From the NCBI GenBank assembly GCA_964016885.1, contig OZ024740.1, positions 68,696,001-68,760,000 of the forward strand: a stretch of 64,000 nt of DNA, written 5' to 3'. Shown piece after piece: positions 14,311 through 28,290 of the stretch (the stretch's first letter is position 1; the number at the start of each line of letters is the position of its first letter). The notes under the pieces are model-generated. The model searched no databases. It saw nothing but the letters and a program-made list of their open reading frames with translations, and was not told the DNA's origin. The position numbers were made by a program, and so were the translations under genes. Source of the DNA: Eledone cirrhosa. Lineage: Eukaryota.

Positions 14311-14312
<2 letters not shown>
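14097..14312 (-). mobile_element. Solo 3' end (pLTR) of the PLE family at 39172-41435, with HHR motif
   Basis: Reverse complement matches 41220-41435; contains TTGAAAA-gcag-aagaa-ctgc-GAAA-CCGG-TT-aagg; (TA)n on both sides. Confidence 0.85.
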
Positions 14313-14371
<59 letters not shown>

Positions 14372-14374
<3 letters not shown>

Positions 14375-14797
14375 AAAGTTCTATTTAAATTGTTGGGATA
14401 CAACAAGCAAATATTTTTATAACTGATATAAAGCACTCAACAAATATTTGGAGTAAAAATACGATATTAACAAATGGAAACTATATTTATAAAACCATAT
14501 TTATTTCATTATACATATTTCAAGGGCACCAAGTTAAATTATGGTGTGCTTTCATCAGATAAAATACAATGAAGAGCAGTTTTATAAATAAATATTGACA
14601 TACCCTTAAAGAATGCAACCAGGAGCTTCCAACAGTAATGGTTGCATTCTTTAAGTTAATGTCAATATTTATTTATAAAACTGCTATATATTGTATTTTA
14701 TCTGATGAAAGCACACCATAATTTAACTTGGTGTCCTTGAAATATGTATAATGAAATAAATATGGTTTTATAAATATAGTTTCCATTTGTTAATATC
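14372..14797. mobile_element. Fold-back PLE-derived mini-element with two outward-facing HHRs (14502-14566 -, 14694-14758 +)
   Basis: Inverted arms 14463-14621 / 14639-14797; tattttat-CTGATGA-aagcacacca..tggtgtcctt-GAAA-TATGTA-TA-atgaaata; left arm ~90 nt longer. Confidence 0.88.
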
Positions 14798-14839
<42 letters not shown>

Positions 14840-15490
14840 GAATAAATTTAGTCCTTCATCAGTGATCTTCCATTGGTATTTCATCGCTTTAAAGACCATA
14901 TACCTCCGGTTGGTGCGAGCAACGGCTAAAAAAATTCGTTGGGACACGAAAATAAAGGGGACACAAGAGTGTAAACAAACAAAGATGGTGAAACAACGAA
15001 AAATGAGGAAGAACGAATCAAGTCCCAAATTTCCATGAATATATGTTCCGTGAAATCGTGAACGAGAGAGAATAAAGACCATCAAACCTGTTTGGAATGT
15101 GAGCAAGGAAGGAATTCCGTACAGGTCTAACGGGAGGAAGAAGGAATCTACTCTGTGAATTCGGTGAACATAAGTTCTGTGAAATCGTAGACGAGAGAGA
15201 AAAAAGGCGAACCAGCCTGACCAAGCGTGCGAAAGAAAAGAATTACGCACAGGTCAAACGGGAAGAAGGAGGAGGATGTGTGGTAGTACAGAGAGTGAGT
15301 GAGTGAAGGGTGAGGAAGAGTCTAACAGAGAGAGTGACTGTTAGAGTGGGTAACGATACAGAGAAAGAGGAAGCAGTAAGAACGAAATAGATGGGTCACA
15401 GCGGGGGAAAAAAATATGTGTAATTATGAGAATAAATGTGCTGCGTGGTTGCAAATGGGTTATATATATATATATATATATATACCTTTC

Positions 15491-15569
<79 letters not shown>

Positions 15570-15705
15570 CATATATATGTATATAATTCAAAGAGATATC
15601 TATATATTTTATCTAATAATTCTTCAAACTTGCAATGTTATATATATATAGAGATAAAAAATTATCGTTATAGGTAATCCCGTTGACCATGTTATTCTTC
15701 ACTCT

Positions 15706-17225
<1,520 letters not shown>

Positions 17226-17227
17226 TA

Positions 17228-17407
17228 TATTAGAATTGGTGCTCTTAAATAGGGATATATATATAGTGTATTTTGCAAAACACTGTATGCTTAATTAAAA
17301 GCATTTCGCAGGGATTATGCTATTGTTTTAGAGTAGTGACAGTCTCACTTACTTTACATTTTCAGCAAACAGGGGAGATAAAGCTGACAGAGATCTGTTT
17401 CACATTT
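17228..17407 (-). mobile_element. Truncated copy of the 320 bp monomer family
   Basis: Matches reverse complement of 16430-16612; breaks within the HHR. Confidence 0.85.
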
Positions 17408-17427
17408 TATATATATATATATATATA

Positions 17428-18701
17428 TAACGAAGGAGTTGTGGTAAGAAACCAGATGGACCATAACGTACTCAATACTTAGGGCAGTACTCAATACTTG
17501 GGGTAGTAGAGTGGGTAATAGGAGAATGTATGACCGGGGTTTCCCATATCTTAATCGGCAAGTGGGATATTTCAGCCATTCTCTACTCACCCGGGTGGTT
17601 AGGGGGTAAGGGCGAGGTAAGTCCTATGCAATCGGTGTTTGCATGCCGTTACCAGTTCGTCTTTTTTGTTTAGAAATTCGTCCTTCATGTAGATGTACCT
17701 CTTTTCTTTTCCTCTCTGTTTCCTTCTTCCTCTCTGTCTCCCCCTATCATTTCTTTACACTCCCGATCTTCTTCCTCTTTCTTTTCCCTCTTTTGCCTAC
17801 CCCGAGACAGCCCTTCGGGCCGCTGTAGCCTCAGTACCCCCACCCCAGTAAATTAAAGGTAGCATTGGCCGAAAACGCTAACTAATCATAGCAGCTATGT
17901 TAGACCCCAGAGATTTTGTATTACTTTTTACTACACAATTCTATAACTTCAAAAACTTCAAAATTTCTTATTTAGTATCTTCTATTCTCAATTTATTAAC
18001 CTATTCTCTAGCAGTGGCCAGAAAAGCAACACCAACTAATTATAGCAGCTGTTTTCGACTCCACAGTCTTTGCTTTTTACCACTTCTTACTATCCAATGT
18101 TATATATTTATATAGGGCGGCGGGTTGGCAGTATCGGTAGAGGGTCGGATGCCATCCTTTGACGCAGAGAGTTACGGCCCTTGCCATTCTAAGTTCAAAT
18201 CCCGCCGAGGTTAACTTTGCCTTTCATCCTTACAGGGTTGATAATATAAAGTACCAGTAATGCACTGGTATAATTGCTAGCCTTGTGCCAAAAGTAGAAA
18301 CAGTTATATTTGTATATATCTTTCTCTTATTTTTTTATTGTCTCCAAATCTTAATTAATTTACCTATCTATAACATCCCTCCACACCAGAACCCTTTTTC
18401 GCCTACTTCCTCTGGCCTACTTTCATACACAATCCTTAGAATTTGCTGTATAGATCTCACTTTCAACGCTTGACCGGCTCCACTCACTCCCTCATTGCTC
18501 TACAGGCAAGTTCAGCCATCAACACCTCCCGCTCACTGCCATAATCTTCTTAATTGTGTTTACAAGAAATGTTGAACAATCCTCCCATATAAGGAAGTAC
18601 CCCTTGAAAAGTTCGGCTATTTATTTACCAGGCTAAAAATTATAATTTAGTCCAGAAATAGCCGTCGAAACAGCTTGAGCTCTGCCGTCGGGGTCATACA
18701 T

Positions 18702-18706
<5 letters not shown>
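17428..18706 (+). mobile_element. PLE non-coding 3' region with short inverted 5' arm; variant HHR at 18600-18680
   Basis: 17428-17535 is the inverted long terminus shared with 37837 and 38933; TTGAAAA-g..cggctattt...aaatagccg.c-GAAA-CAGC-TT; ends 'gtcatacattttca(TA)n'. Confidence 0.75.
18115..18306 (+). mobile_element. tRNA-derived SINE
   Basis: A-box TGGCAGTATCGG, B-box GTTCAAATCC, core gcctttcatccttac.gggt.gataa..aaagtaccag, 3' gtgccaaaagtagaaac; multi-copy in window. Confidence 0.9.
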
Positions 18707-18762
<56 letters not shown>

Positions 18763-18947
18763 TATAATCTGTGATACAGCAAAAAGCATAATAATTTTAT
18801 ACTTTATCATATGTTCGCCTTGACAAATGATACTGATGTGTAGATGACCTTGTGAAATACATTGTCTTATGCAAGTGATTCCAACAATTTCTACTTCAAT
18901 ATTAATGCATGTGTATGAGTGTGTAGTATTTTCTCTCACCAGCTTTA

Positions 18948-18987
<40 letters not shown>

Positions 18988-19734
18988 ATTATGTATGTAT
19001 ATATTAATACATACGTATCACACAATTTCTCTCAGTCTGAGGCCTTCTGTATCTCCCACTCTCTTCTGTCTACTTCAATGAGTATTTTACGAATAACTTG
19101 TTTTATTGCCACAATAAGCCCCACTGCATCAACAAAGCGGCTTTTGTGTCTGACACCTGACTCATTACTTGGCTAAAATAGCATGAGTTGTCAAAATGAC
19201 TCATTGAATTATATCCTGGATATTTTACGATCAGGTATCAGGCTTATATTATAAAGCTTTGTAATTTCTGATAGTATAGTAACTAACATTCTATAGTGCC
19301 ATCGTTTCAATCCCTAAGGTAACAATACTTCAGGCAAATAATTTTGATGTAGATTGGCTGTAATATCTGTACGTACAATGTACGTTTCCGGAGATATACA
19401 TTCTGTTATAACTGTTTCTACTATATATATATAATTACTTGTATATGAATACAAATGCCCCCCCCCCCAAAAAAAAAGCGCCCGCATTGGAATAATATAT
19501 CGCTAAAAAAATAAAAATATAAAAACAAACTTTTAACTGTTCTCTTAAATCAACAAACAATCCCGTAAAGACTAAATGATTCATATATTATTCGACTTGA
19601 AGAATATATAACATATATATTCACAGTCATATTATCTCCCAAAACAGATCAAACAGCCAACTAAATGGTAAGTAATACACACAAACGCATACACACACAC
19701 ACGCACACACACACACACTGATATATATATATTT

Positions 19735-20003
19735 ATAAGAACTGTTTCCGAAGCAAGGGTAAAGGAAAGGAAAGTGCTCTATGTATGCTACAGAGCAATT
19801 TACTTATACAATAAACAACATAAGGTCATTATTACATTTTACAAAGATTTCACAAAAACAGACGAGCCCGACAGAGACATATGAAATCGCCCATCAAAAG
19901 GATTTTCATGCTGATGAGCGATTTCAGTCGTCTCTCTTAGGCTCGTCTGTCTTCGTGAAATCTTTGGTAAATGTAATAATTGCCTTATGTTGTTTATTAC
20001 ATT
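19735..20003. mobile_element. Older, imperfect fold-back element with HHR motif at 19907-19973 (+)
   Basis: Arms 19811-19896 / 19911-19998; catg-CTGATGA-gcga...tcgt-GAAA-TCTTTGG-TA-aatg. Confidence 0.72.
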
Positions 20004-20018
20004 TTATATATATATATA

Positions 20019-20141
<123 letters not shown>

Positions 20142-20399
20142 TGTGTGTGTGTATATACATACATGTATATAAATATATATATACATACATACATATACTC
20201 AACGTTTGGGCTTGAGAAAACCTTGAGACTTAAAACCTGGACAAACTCACATTATATTTGTTAGGTATACATTACTAATATTCTGTATATTAAAACGTGC
20301 ACGCTCGGACACATACACACACACATAAATATATATATATATACATGTCTGTACGTGTAATTGTACGTATGTACTTACCTGCAAGAGAGATATCTATTA

Positions 20400-21780
20400 A
20401 TCTGTATAGACATTCCACCTTTGACTTGCATCTGTGAATATTTTCTGTCTTATTTGGAATTAGCTCACCTTTATTATTTAGGTGGTTGTCTTTAGTTTTT
20501 AGTTCTTTCCTATAATTCCCTGCTTCTTTGCGTACTGAATGGAGTATCATTTGATGTTTGTGTTCTTTTATATCACCATTGGTGCTCTTTAGGTATGTTT
20601 GTAAGCCTATCGTAGCTATTTTATATGACAGTTCCAGCTGTATTAGTCCTCTTCCCCAGCTTGTCATGACAAATATAGACGATCTACGTCTGCCGTCGGG
20701 TGATGCATTTTGTTGACTATAAGGAGCTTAGGCGTCTTGAAGATCAGATAAATACTAATTGATGATGCTATAACTGTATCATACCACTGCTGCAGCTAAG
20801 GTGTTTATAGCTACAATCTCTTTCATTGCAGCATTGTAAATTTTAATCTGATGAGTATTCATTTTGTTCTTCTGAAACTTAGGTAGTTTGACTCTATTTT
20901 TCATTTCGATACAAAGTTTTACTTAATTCTCTGACAATGTCTTCTACCTTCTGCCATGTCTTGTGTGTTGTCGTTTAGAATCCTGTAAACGTTTTCATTA
21001 TTCTCAGCAGATGTTTCCCTAAGTTGTTCTTCACGGATATTTCTATTCTGATTGATTTCGTCAAGCTTCTTGTTGACTTCTTCTTCCGACATGTTATCAA
21101 TTGTTACTGTATTTGTTTTGATTTTTGTAGGCTGTATTGGTATATCTGGTTCTCTGTTATTACATCAAGTTCTCATCTGTTCTACTTCAATCAATGTCAA
21201 TTTCTTTTGTTTTACAAATCTATGTTTCCTGGTTTGGTTTATTGACATCTAGCTACGGGCAGATGTTTTTACCGACCAGTTTCTTCCATTGAGTGTATGT
21301 TTTATAACCTTTATTGGGGGTTGATGAATGCAGTACAGACTGCTGCCATAATCTGTATATTGCTCGCTAGTTATTCATTTCTGACTTCAAGTGTTGTTTG
21401 CTAGTGATTTGTCTCCTGGCCCAGGATTGAGGATTCCGTGGGTCTGCTGATATTTATAACTGATAGATGGGAAGGTGGCTCCAGCTGTCGACCTTTCGCG
21501 CCAAATGTGTTGCATCACTAGCTGATGCTTCTTTTGGTAATCCGGGGGATGGACAATGCGGTGTAATTTAGTTGTGTTTTTTTTGTTGTTGTCATTTTGC
21601 ACTTATAAATTCCGTTTTATCCTTACGTGTACCGCGATAGAAAGCTTTTCTTAATGAAGCTTAGAGGGGCCTACCTGTCACCATTGAGGTGAGTAAATCT
21701 GCACTGGCCACCGTCCCAATATTTCGAAATCCTGCAGCGTCCAAACCGAATAAAAAATAAATAAATAAAGACCTGGGTGA
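20400..21780 (-). mobile_element. R4/Dong-like (RLE-type) non-LTR retrotransposon remnant with internal deletion
   Basis: Minus strand: AINTLAAAVV.YS, KMHHPTADVDRLYL, GRGLIQLELSYKIATIGLQTYL; RT core largely missing. Confidence 0.75.
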
Positions 21781-22404
21781 GGTGTGAGGGCATAATGCAA
21801 GACCATACACTTAAATGATTATTATTATCATTATCATTAAATGAATAAAGAAATAATTAATACTATCACCATTAAAGGCATTATCATTTACATGTATTCC
21901 GTGGTGTGTTTTTTGATTTCGTCGCAGTGGTGATTGTGGCTGATGAATGTTTGTAGTTGTTGTTAGTCAATTAATCATTTCTTTTTTCCTGGAACTGGTA
22001 GCGGTACTTTTTAAATGCGTTTGTGGTAATAGTCTGTGGTAATAGTGATGGCTTAGTAGCAACGATGATGGCGATGGAGTAGGGGCGGAGGACGTGCTGA
22101 TGGGAGCAGTGATGGACGAGTGATGGAGGTGATGATGGAGAATTGGTAGTGGCAGTAGCGGCCGTGGTGATAGAGTAGCGGTAGTAAAAGTTCTGGAGTT
22201 GTTAGTATTGCTGCTGTTTATGTATATGCGTTTGTTACGGCTAGGTTTTGTAGCCACTACAGCGAGGAGTTGTTTTATTTGTATTTGTCTGCATTATGTT
22301 CTGGTGACATACGGCTACTAATATCTAGTATACAGGTTGACATCGGACTTTCCCCTCTTCCTTAATATTTGAACTAAACATTTCAAGAAAACTTTCAAGA
22401 AATA

Positions 22405-22593
22405 ATAATTACTTCTACTTTTAGAACAAGGCCAGTAATTATGCCAGTGCATTAGTGGTACTTTATTTCATCGACCCCGTAAGGATGAAAGCAAAAGTTA
22501 ACCTGGGCGGGATATGAACTCAGACCATAAAGGATCGTAACTCTTTGCTGCAAAGCAAGGCGTCCGACCCTACCGATACTGCCAATCCTCCGT
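22405..22593 (-). mobile_element. tRNA-derived SINE
   Basis: Reverse complement of SINE consensus; flanked by imperfect direct repeat tttcaaga.ataataat. Confidence 0.9.
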
Positions 22594-25021
22594 TCTCTTT
22601 CAAGAGATAATAATAATAATTGTTATTATGGAGTTGGTGGTGGTGATATTACCATTATGTTGGCTGTTGTATTTAGTGGACGAAGAGGAGCTAGTCTACT
22701 TCCATATGTAAACATTTTCGTTTTTGAATATAAAATTTTGAATATAAGATTAAATATCTGGGCCAAGTAACTATATTTCCTGGTGACATATTTTGCATTT
22801 TTGTCAATAATCATTGTTATGCTGAATTTACAACCACCTCGTAGAGTATTTTACCACCTCAGCTCCGTTGATTTAATAACAGATTATCTCTTTGGCGTAA
22901 TAAGATTATCGTCCAATAAAGAATGAATTTAGAATATCGATAGTTTCCACCAGTGTATCGAAATAATCGGTATCATATATCATGTACATCGATCACCTGA
23001 AATCATTATTTATGATCATTCATACACTTTAAATGCCAATAGCACACCATGTCGCATTCAGTATAATAATTAGTTTTCATTAATTTACCGGAAATGAACT
23101 ATCCATCTCTGAAAAATAAATAGATGATCGACATTTTATCACTATTAAACTTTCCTATACTAGTGTATCTGATAATCAGAAGTATTTTTTTTAATTGCAT
23201 CCCTTTGTAATATGTGTATCCCTTGTATTTGTATCAAATAACATTATGTAATTCAAACGTGTAAGTCCATTATAGGTCTTTTCTCATTTCGTTCATTTTC
23301 TAGTTATGTAAAGGATTGATTAGAGTTATTGGACATTTAAGCTAAATAACCAATCCACTGATATTAATTTAGCTGTGATACTTATAAATAACTATCTATA
23401 TAAAATTGTTTTGCATCTCTCGCTCTTTCATATTTATGATTTATGTCGTGCTATTTTTATATCTCTCTTACTTTCAAAATGCTATTTCAATCACCACAAA
23501 GCTGATTGATAGAACAGAACATGCGCAATGGTAAGTTTCAATAACAGCTTAGCAAAGGTAGTATTTCCTCATCATACAGTAGGCAAAATAGGTATAACAA
23601 CATTGACATTTTAATAAGAAAGAGAATGTTTTATCACAATTAATCTCACGTTCTATTGTATGTTTTGAATGACAATTTTATATTTATTATGATTTATTAG
23701 TGATACATAGTTATCTATACATTTCACAGATAGGCCCAGGTATATTAAGTCGAAAGAAATATCAGATATCCATGCACATTTATAGATTGTTGTTGATTAT
23801 ATATATAGAAATAGCTCCCTGGCTGCCTTTTTTCCTCTCCAAATCAGAAACTAGGTATCACAAATGAGGAAGGATTCCTGCTACTAGGAACAGATACCCT
23901 TGTTTATTCTATTCAGCAATACACCCGAAAAATGTCGTCCAGCCACTTTGTCTACAATCTATCCTCCCATTCTTTATTCTTTGGTTTTTTTTTGTTATTA
24001 TGATGCTATAAATATATAATTAAAGAAAAGTGATAGTCTTTCTATTAGCGTATGTTCTGAAGCTAGACTTCAACAGAATGTTGACATAGATATCTTATCA
24101 GCAATAAAATAAATACTATACGCAAAACTGTGTTGAATCAAGAACGTTTTATGGCGTCACCCTATCCTGGCTACAACTGCCTTCCACCGTACATTGAAAC
24201 AAATCAATACTATTATATAACATTTGTCGATATTTTTCATTAGTTGCAACATATTTTGATTGATTTCATTAGGAGAATGAATTTAAATATTTCTATATAT
24301 GTAAAATCAATATTTGACGAGGCATCATATTACCCTTAGTTGCAAGGTTTGTATGAACTGTATTAAAAGAAAAAGTTAACTTTATTCATAAATGTATATT
24401 TTATGATTACTCTGCTCTGTAACTATGTCTTTAATTCTATATTTACTTGCACCGTTTCAAAGTTATTTAATTAGATAGTGTTTATGTTTTATAGAATAAA
24501 ACACGAGTGACTGAACCATTTTGGGGTTTGCATCTTTAAGCAGTTGATGTGTGGCTGTATATGCAAATGACACGTGAATCTTAATTTCTCAACATAAATG
24601 TTCAATACGCTTGACAAAATTCTAGCATGTTTTATATTGTTGGTCTTATTATTTTAAGATATGCCTTTACGATAATGCAAAACATGCCACATATTTTAAT
24701 ATATTAACAATCAATGAATGCATTAGTTGATTCCATCACTACTCTCTAGTTTATAAGAACCTATCTTATATATCTGTAACATTCTCAGTATTGTATTGGA
24801 ATGACAAATAAAATTATAAATTTTATGATATTTCGAAGAATATTAATTGCATAAATAATGTGTTTTGACGTTTACTGAGAAAGAAACAGGTTTAAATAAT
24901 TGGCTTGCTTAGAGCTTATAGTTTGAAACGTTCAACGGAGGTTATAAATGTTAGCAATAGCGATAGATTATGAAAACTTCTTATGAGAACATTCTACATT
25001 ATAATTGACACAGAGTGTCAA

Positions 25022-25195
25022 GGGCGGTGGATTGGAAGTATCGGTAGAGGGTCGGGCGCCATGCTTTGATGCATAGAGTTACGGCCCTTTCCAATCTGAG
25101 TTCAAATCTCGCTGAAGTTAACTTTGCCTTTCATCCTTACGGGGTCGATAAGATAAAGTACCAGTAATACACTGTGCCAAAAGTAGAAACAATTA
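25022..25195 (+). mobile_element. tRNA-derived SINE with ~23 bp target-site duplication
   Basis: Flanks attataattgacaca(g/t)agtgtca on both sides. Confidence 0.92.
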
Positions 25196-25739
25196 TAATT
25201 GACACATAGTGTCATGGTATTAAACAATATTGTGTACTTACCCGCCTATGTATTTTGGTGAGTTCTCTAACCGCCGGAGACTAACTTTGTTACCTGAAGT
25301 TTATGTGCTGCAGGCTGTAAAATCTTAATCTGTACACAGTGAATTATATTAATAATTTTTCTTCATTTCATATTCTAATCGATTAGGAGAGGAGAGAGTG
25401 GAGTCAGCGAGCGAGCGAGAGAATGAGAGAGGAATATATAGTGGAAGAGAGAGAAAGTAATGTAGCCAGAAAATAGAATATTTTCAAATTCTTGTGGAAA
25501 TAATGTTAAAAATGTTTTGATGTATGAGTAACATTGAAATTAGTTTATTTCAATTTAAATAAAGCACTGATATTTTAATTATAATGAAGCGAGGTCCAAT
25601 GTAAATAACCACCCTCACTCTTTGGCATTTAATAACTTGGTAATTGAAACTCGGTACGTCATTATATAGAGTGAGGTGATTTGGCAAGACAAATAATAAC
25701 ATTTGCTCAAGTTTATGTTATCTTCTTCTACACGCCCGT

Positions 25740-26480
25740 AACCAGTTCAATGATGTAGTTTTTCCTCTTGCTTACCTACTCCAGGATTGCCATATAAAGC
25801 TTTTTTCCACCCAACCTGGTGTTACCTTCAAGAACATCCTTTCCAACTCATCTGCATAATTCTGATTCCAGAGAAGAACTCTGCCATTAGGTTCATTCTG
25901 ACATTTCATATGCGCAGCTAAAGCGAGCATCCGCCGGATGACGTTGTTAGAGAGTAGTGGGTGTGAACCATAGAGCGATGTATTTGCGGTGTTTCTTTTC
26001 CAGTAGATACTCCTGGACCATTCTCATCATTTGCGTGCATCTGTCATTGATCTGTTTTGTGGGTGTTTTTGTTTCTGCCCATGACTCACATCCATAGATG
26101 AGAATGTACTCTATCATTGCTTTGAATAAGCTCATTTTCATTGTTTTCTCGATCGGAGATAATCAGATACATGCTAAAGGTTTGAGCGACCCCATCCACG
26201 TACCTTACCTATCCTGGTATCTAGATCGTGTTCTGCGATCACAGAACTTCTAAGGTATAAGACGTCATCTACTTATTAAATCTCCTGTCTTTCCAGTGCA
26301 TGCATTTGATTATTTAATGTTTCATTGAGATACATGAAGTTTGTTTTGTCAGCATTAAAAAAAAAAAAAAATCCAATAGACTTCCATGCAGGCGTCACCC
26401 AGTGTAACAACTCCTCAGCTTCTTTACTGCTGATTTCCAAGAGACCTATGTCATCTGTATAAAGCGCTTCGAGTATAGCT
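25740..26480 (-). mobile_element. RTE-type LINE 3' fragment (RT)
   Basis: Minus strand: DDIGLL, NADKTNFM, KMSLFKAMIEYILIYGCESW, CTQMMRM. Confidence 0.78.
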
Positions 26481-26499
26481 TCCTCCAGATATGGACTGT

Positions 26500-26692
26500 A
26501 CTCCTTGATAAGTGTAGCTAGATTTCCGCCGTTCTAATACTGCTGGGTTAGTTCGGAACAATCTGTCGAAACGGCCGGATCTCAGTCCTCGGGGTCCTGA
26601 CTCTTTTCCTATTACCCACTCTACTAACAAAAGTATCGAGTACACTGGTACGTTATGGTCCACCTGATATCTTACCACACATTCTTTGTTTT
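26500..26692 (+). mobile_element. PLE terminal fragment related to the 17428/37837/38933 family
   Basis: 'ttcctattacccactctac...gagtac.ctggt.cgttatggtcca.ctg....cttaccaca' is the reverse complement of those long termini; related pieces at 28030-28145 and 36500-36615. Confidence 0.7.
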
Positions 26693-26704
26693 ATATATAT
26701 ATAT

Positions 26705-27397
26705 GTATATTTCGTTTCTGAATTTGTTTAGCAAGATTCTTTATCTGAAAACGTGTGCTGAAACCGATATTGTTATGCTTTGGGAGGGTCATTTTGCCAA
26801 TAAGAAACACACGCACCAGTTGTTTCACTTTAATTTATTATAAATTAATTTTATAAATTTAGGAATTTATAAATTTCCGGTTGGTTGGTTTGTTCCACAA
26901 CCAGACGATTGTTCATATATTGTCAAAGTTCTTTCGTCACACATTATGTGACCTCTTCAGTTACTGGGATTCTTTTCTTTGTTTTTGTGCCTCTCCTTTG
27001 TTCTGTCCTACGCCATCTTGTTTTTGTGGGTGCTGTGTGCTTAGTTTGCGCATGTGTTGCATCCGGGTGTTTGTGTGTGTTTATTTTTGTTTATGTATTT
27101 GTTTATTTACATGTTACTGGTTGGTTGTTTGTTCTATGTGTATGTGTGTTTTTGTTTATATATTTATATATTCGATGTAGTGTTGATGAGCATATACAAT
27201 CAGAGCCGAGTGCTGCCTGATTTTGTGGAAAGATTATATTCTCATATTTAAAATTCAAAACTGGAGTAGACTTTATAATATTAAACAATGAAATAATATA
27301 AAATAGAAGGTGAAGTAGTTCATTAATCATACGCACTTCTATACATAAGTACATACCAATAAAAATCCACAATCACGCACACACAAGCACCCACAAA

Positions 27398-27400
<3 letters not shown>
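26705..27400 (-). mobile_element. Non-coding PLE terminal fragment, family of 47071-47600
   Basis: 26705-27050 matches reverse complement of 47250-47600; terminus resembles 11970-11995. Confidence 0.75.
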
Positions 27401-27470
<70 letters not shown>

Positions 27471-27472
<2 letters not shown>

Positions 27473-27789
27473 TAATAGTAATAAAATTGAAGACTAAAAT
27501 CCAAAGAGGGCTCGATAAGGAAAATATATATCAAATGTATAAGAACCGAAGAGCAAATATTTATTAAAATAACAGATTAAAGTTTAAGCAAAGAATCGCT
27601 GCTTTCACCCTTAACGGGATCTTCTGAAACTAACAAAGTCAATCTGTAAACGCAGAACTGGATATTTCAAAAAAAGTTTTTTTTTTAAATATCCAGTTCT
27701 GCGTTTATAGATTGACTTTATTAGTTTCAGAAGATCCCGTTAAGGGTGAAAGCAGCGATTCTTTGCTTAAACTTTAATCTGTTATTTTA

Positions 27790-27795
<6 letters not shown>
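27471..27795. mobile_element. Fold-back element with CAGAAGA-core HHRs (27581-27631 -, 27723-27773 +)
   Basis: agttt-CAGAAGA-t-ccc-gttaa-ggg-t-GAAA-GCA-gcgattctt-TGC-TT-aaact; left arm ~90 nt longer. Confidence 0.88.
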
Positions 27796-27839
<44 letters not shown>

Positions 27840-28144
27840 GTTGAGAGAGTAAACAGAAAACAGGAAAACGTGGTTGTGAAGAGGAGATAAAAATGATATT
27901 ATTAGTTTCATGCTTGAGAATTTAACTATGTACAAAACATTCCAGATCATTGACCACTCCCCGTGACACACAAGAAAACAACAAGTTTTTAGGATTTTTG
28001 CTTAGATATTTTTGCATTTTTTTTTACTGCATGCCCATATATGGATTGTGGCCCTGGATAAGTTCAACTATATTACGCAGTTCTATTACTGGTGGCTTAG
28101 TTTGGAACAATCGGAGCTCAGCCGTCGGGGCTCTGACCCATTTC

Positions 28145-28177
<33 letters not shown>

Positions 28178-28290
28178 GTAGGAGGTGAGTTTTATTGTAG
28201 TACAATAAAGCAATGCAGATATCGGATAAGAAGCACTCTACAGTTTGTGGGACTGGAGTATGCATAATATAATATAATATAATATAAGAT

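Noticed and set aside
14835-15460. 160 aa minus-strand ORF with an internal repeat and a lone CTGATGA near 14855
   Set aside because: No recognisable protein motif; the HHR is incomplete (cut by (TA)n). Probably a PLE UTR fragment but not supportable.
18115-18210. tRNA gene (A and B boxes)
   Set aside because: SINE head; no convincing cloverleaf, and followed by a multi-copy body with TSDs.
27178-27245. TTGATGA...GAAA hammerhead-like motif
   Set aside because: Stem I and III pairing unconvincing, and orientation is opposite to the neighbouring terminus.
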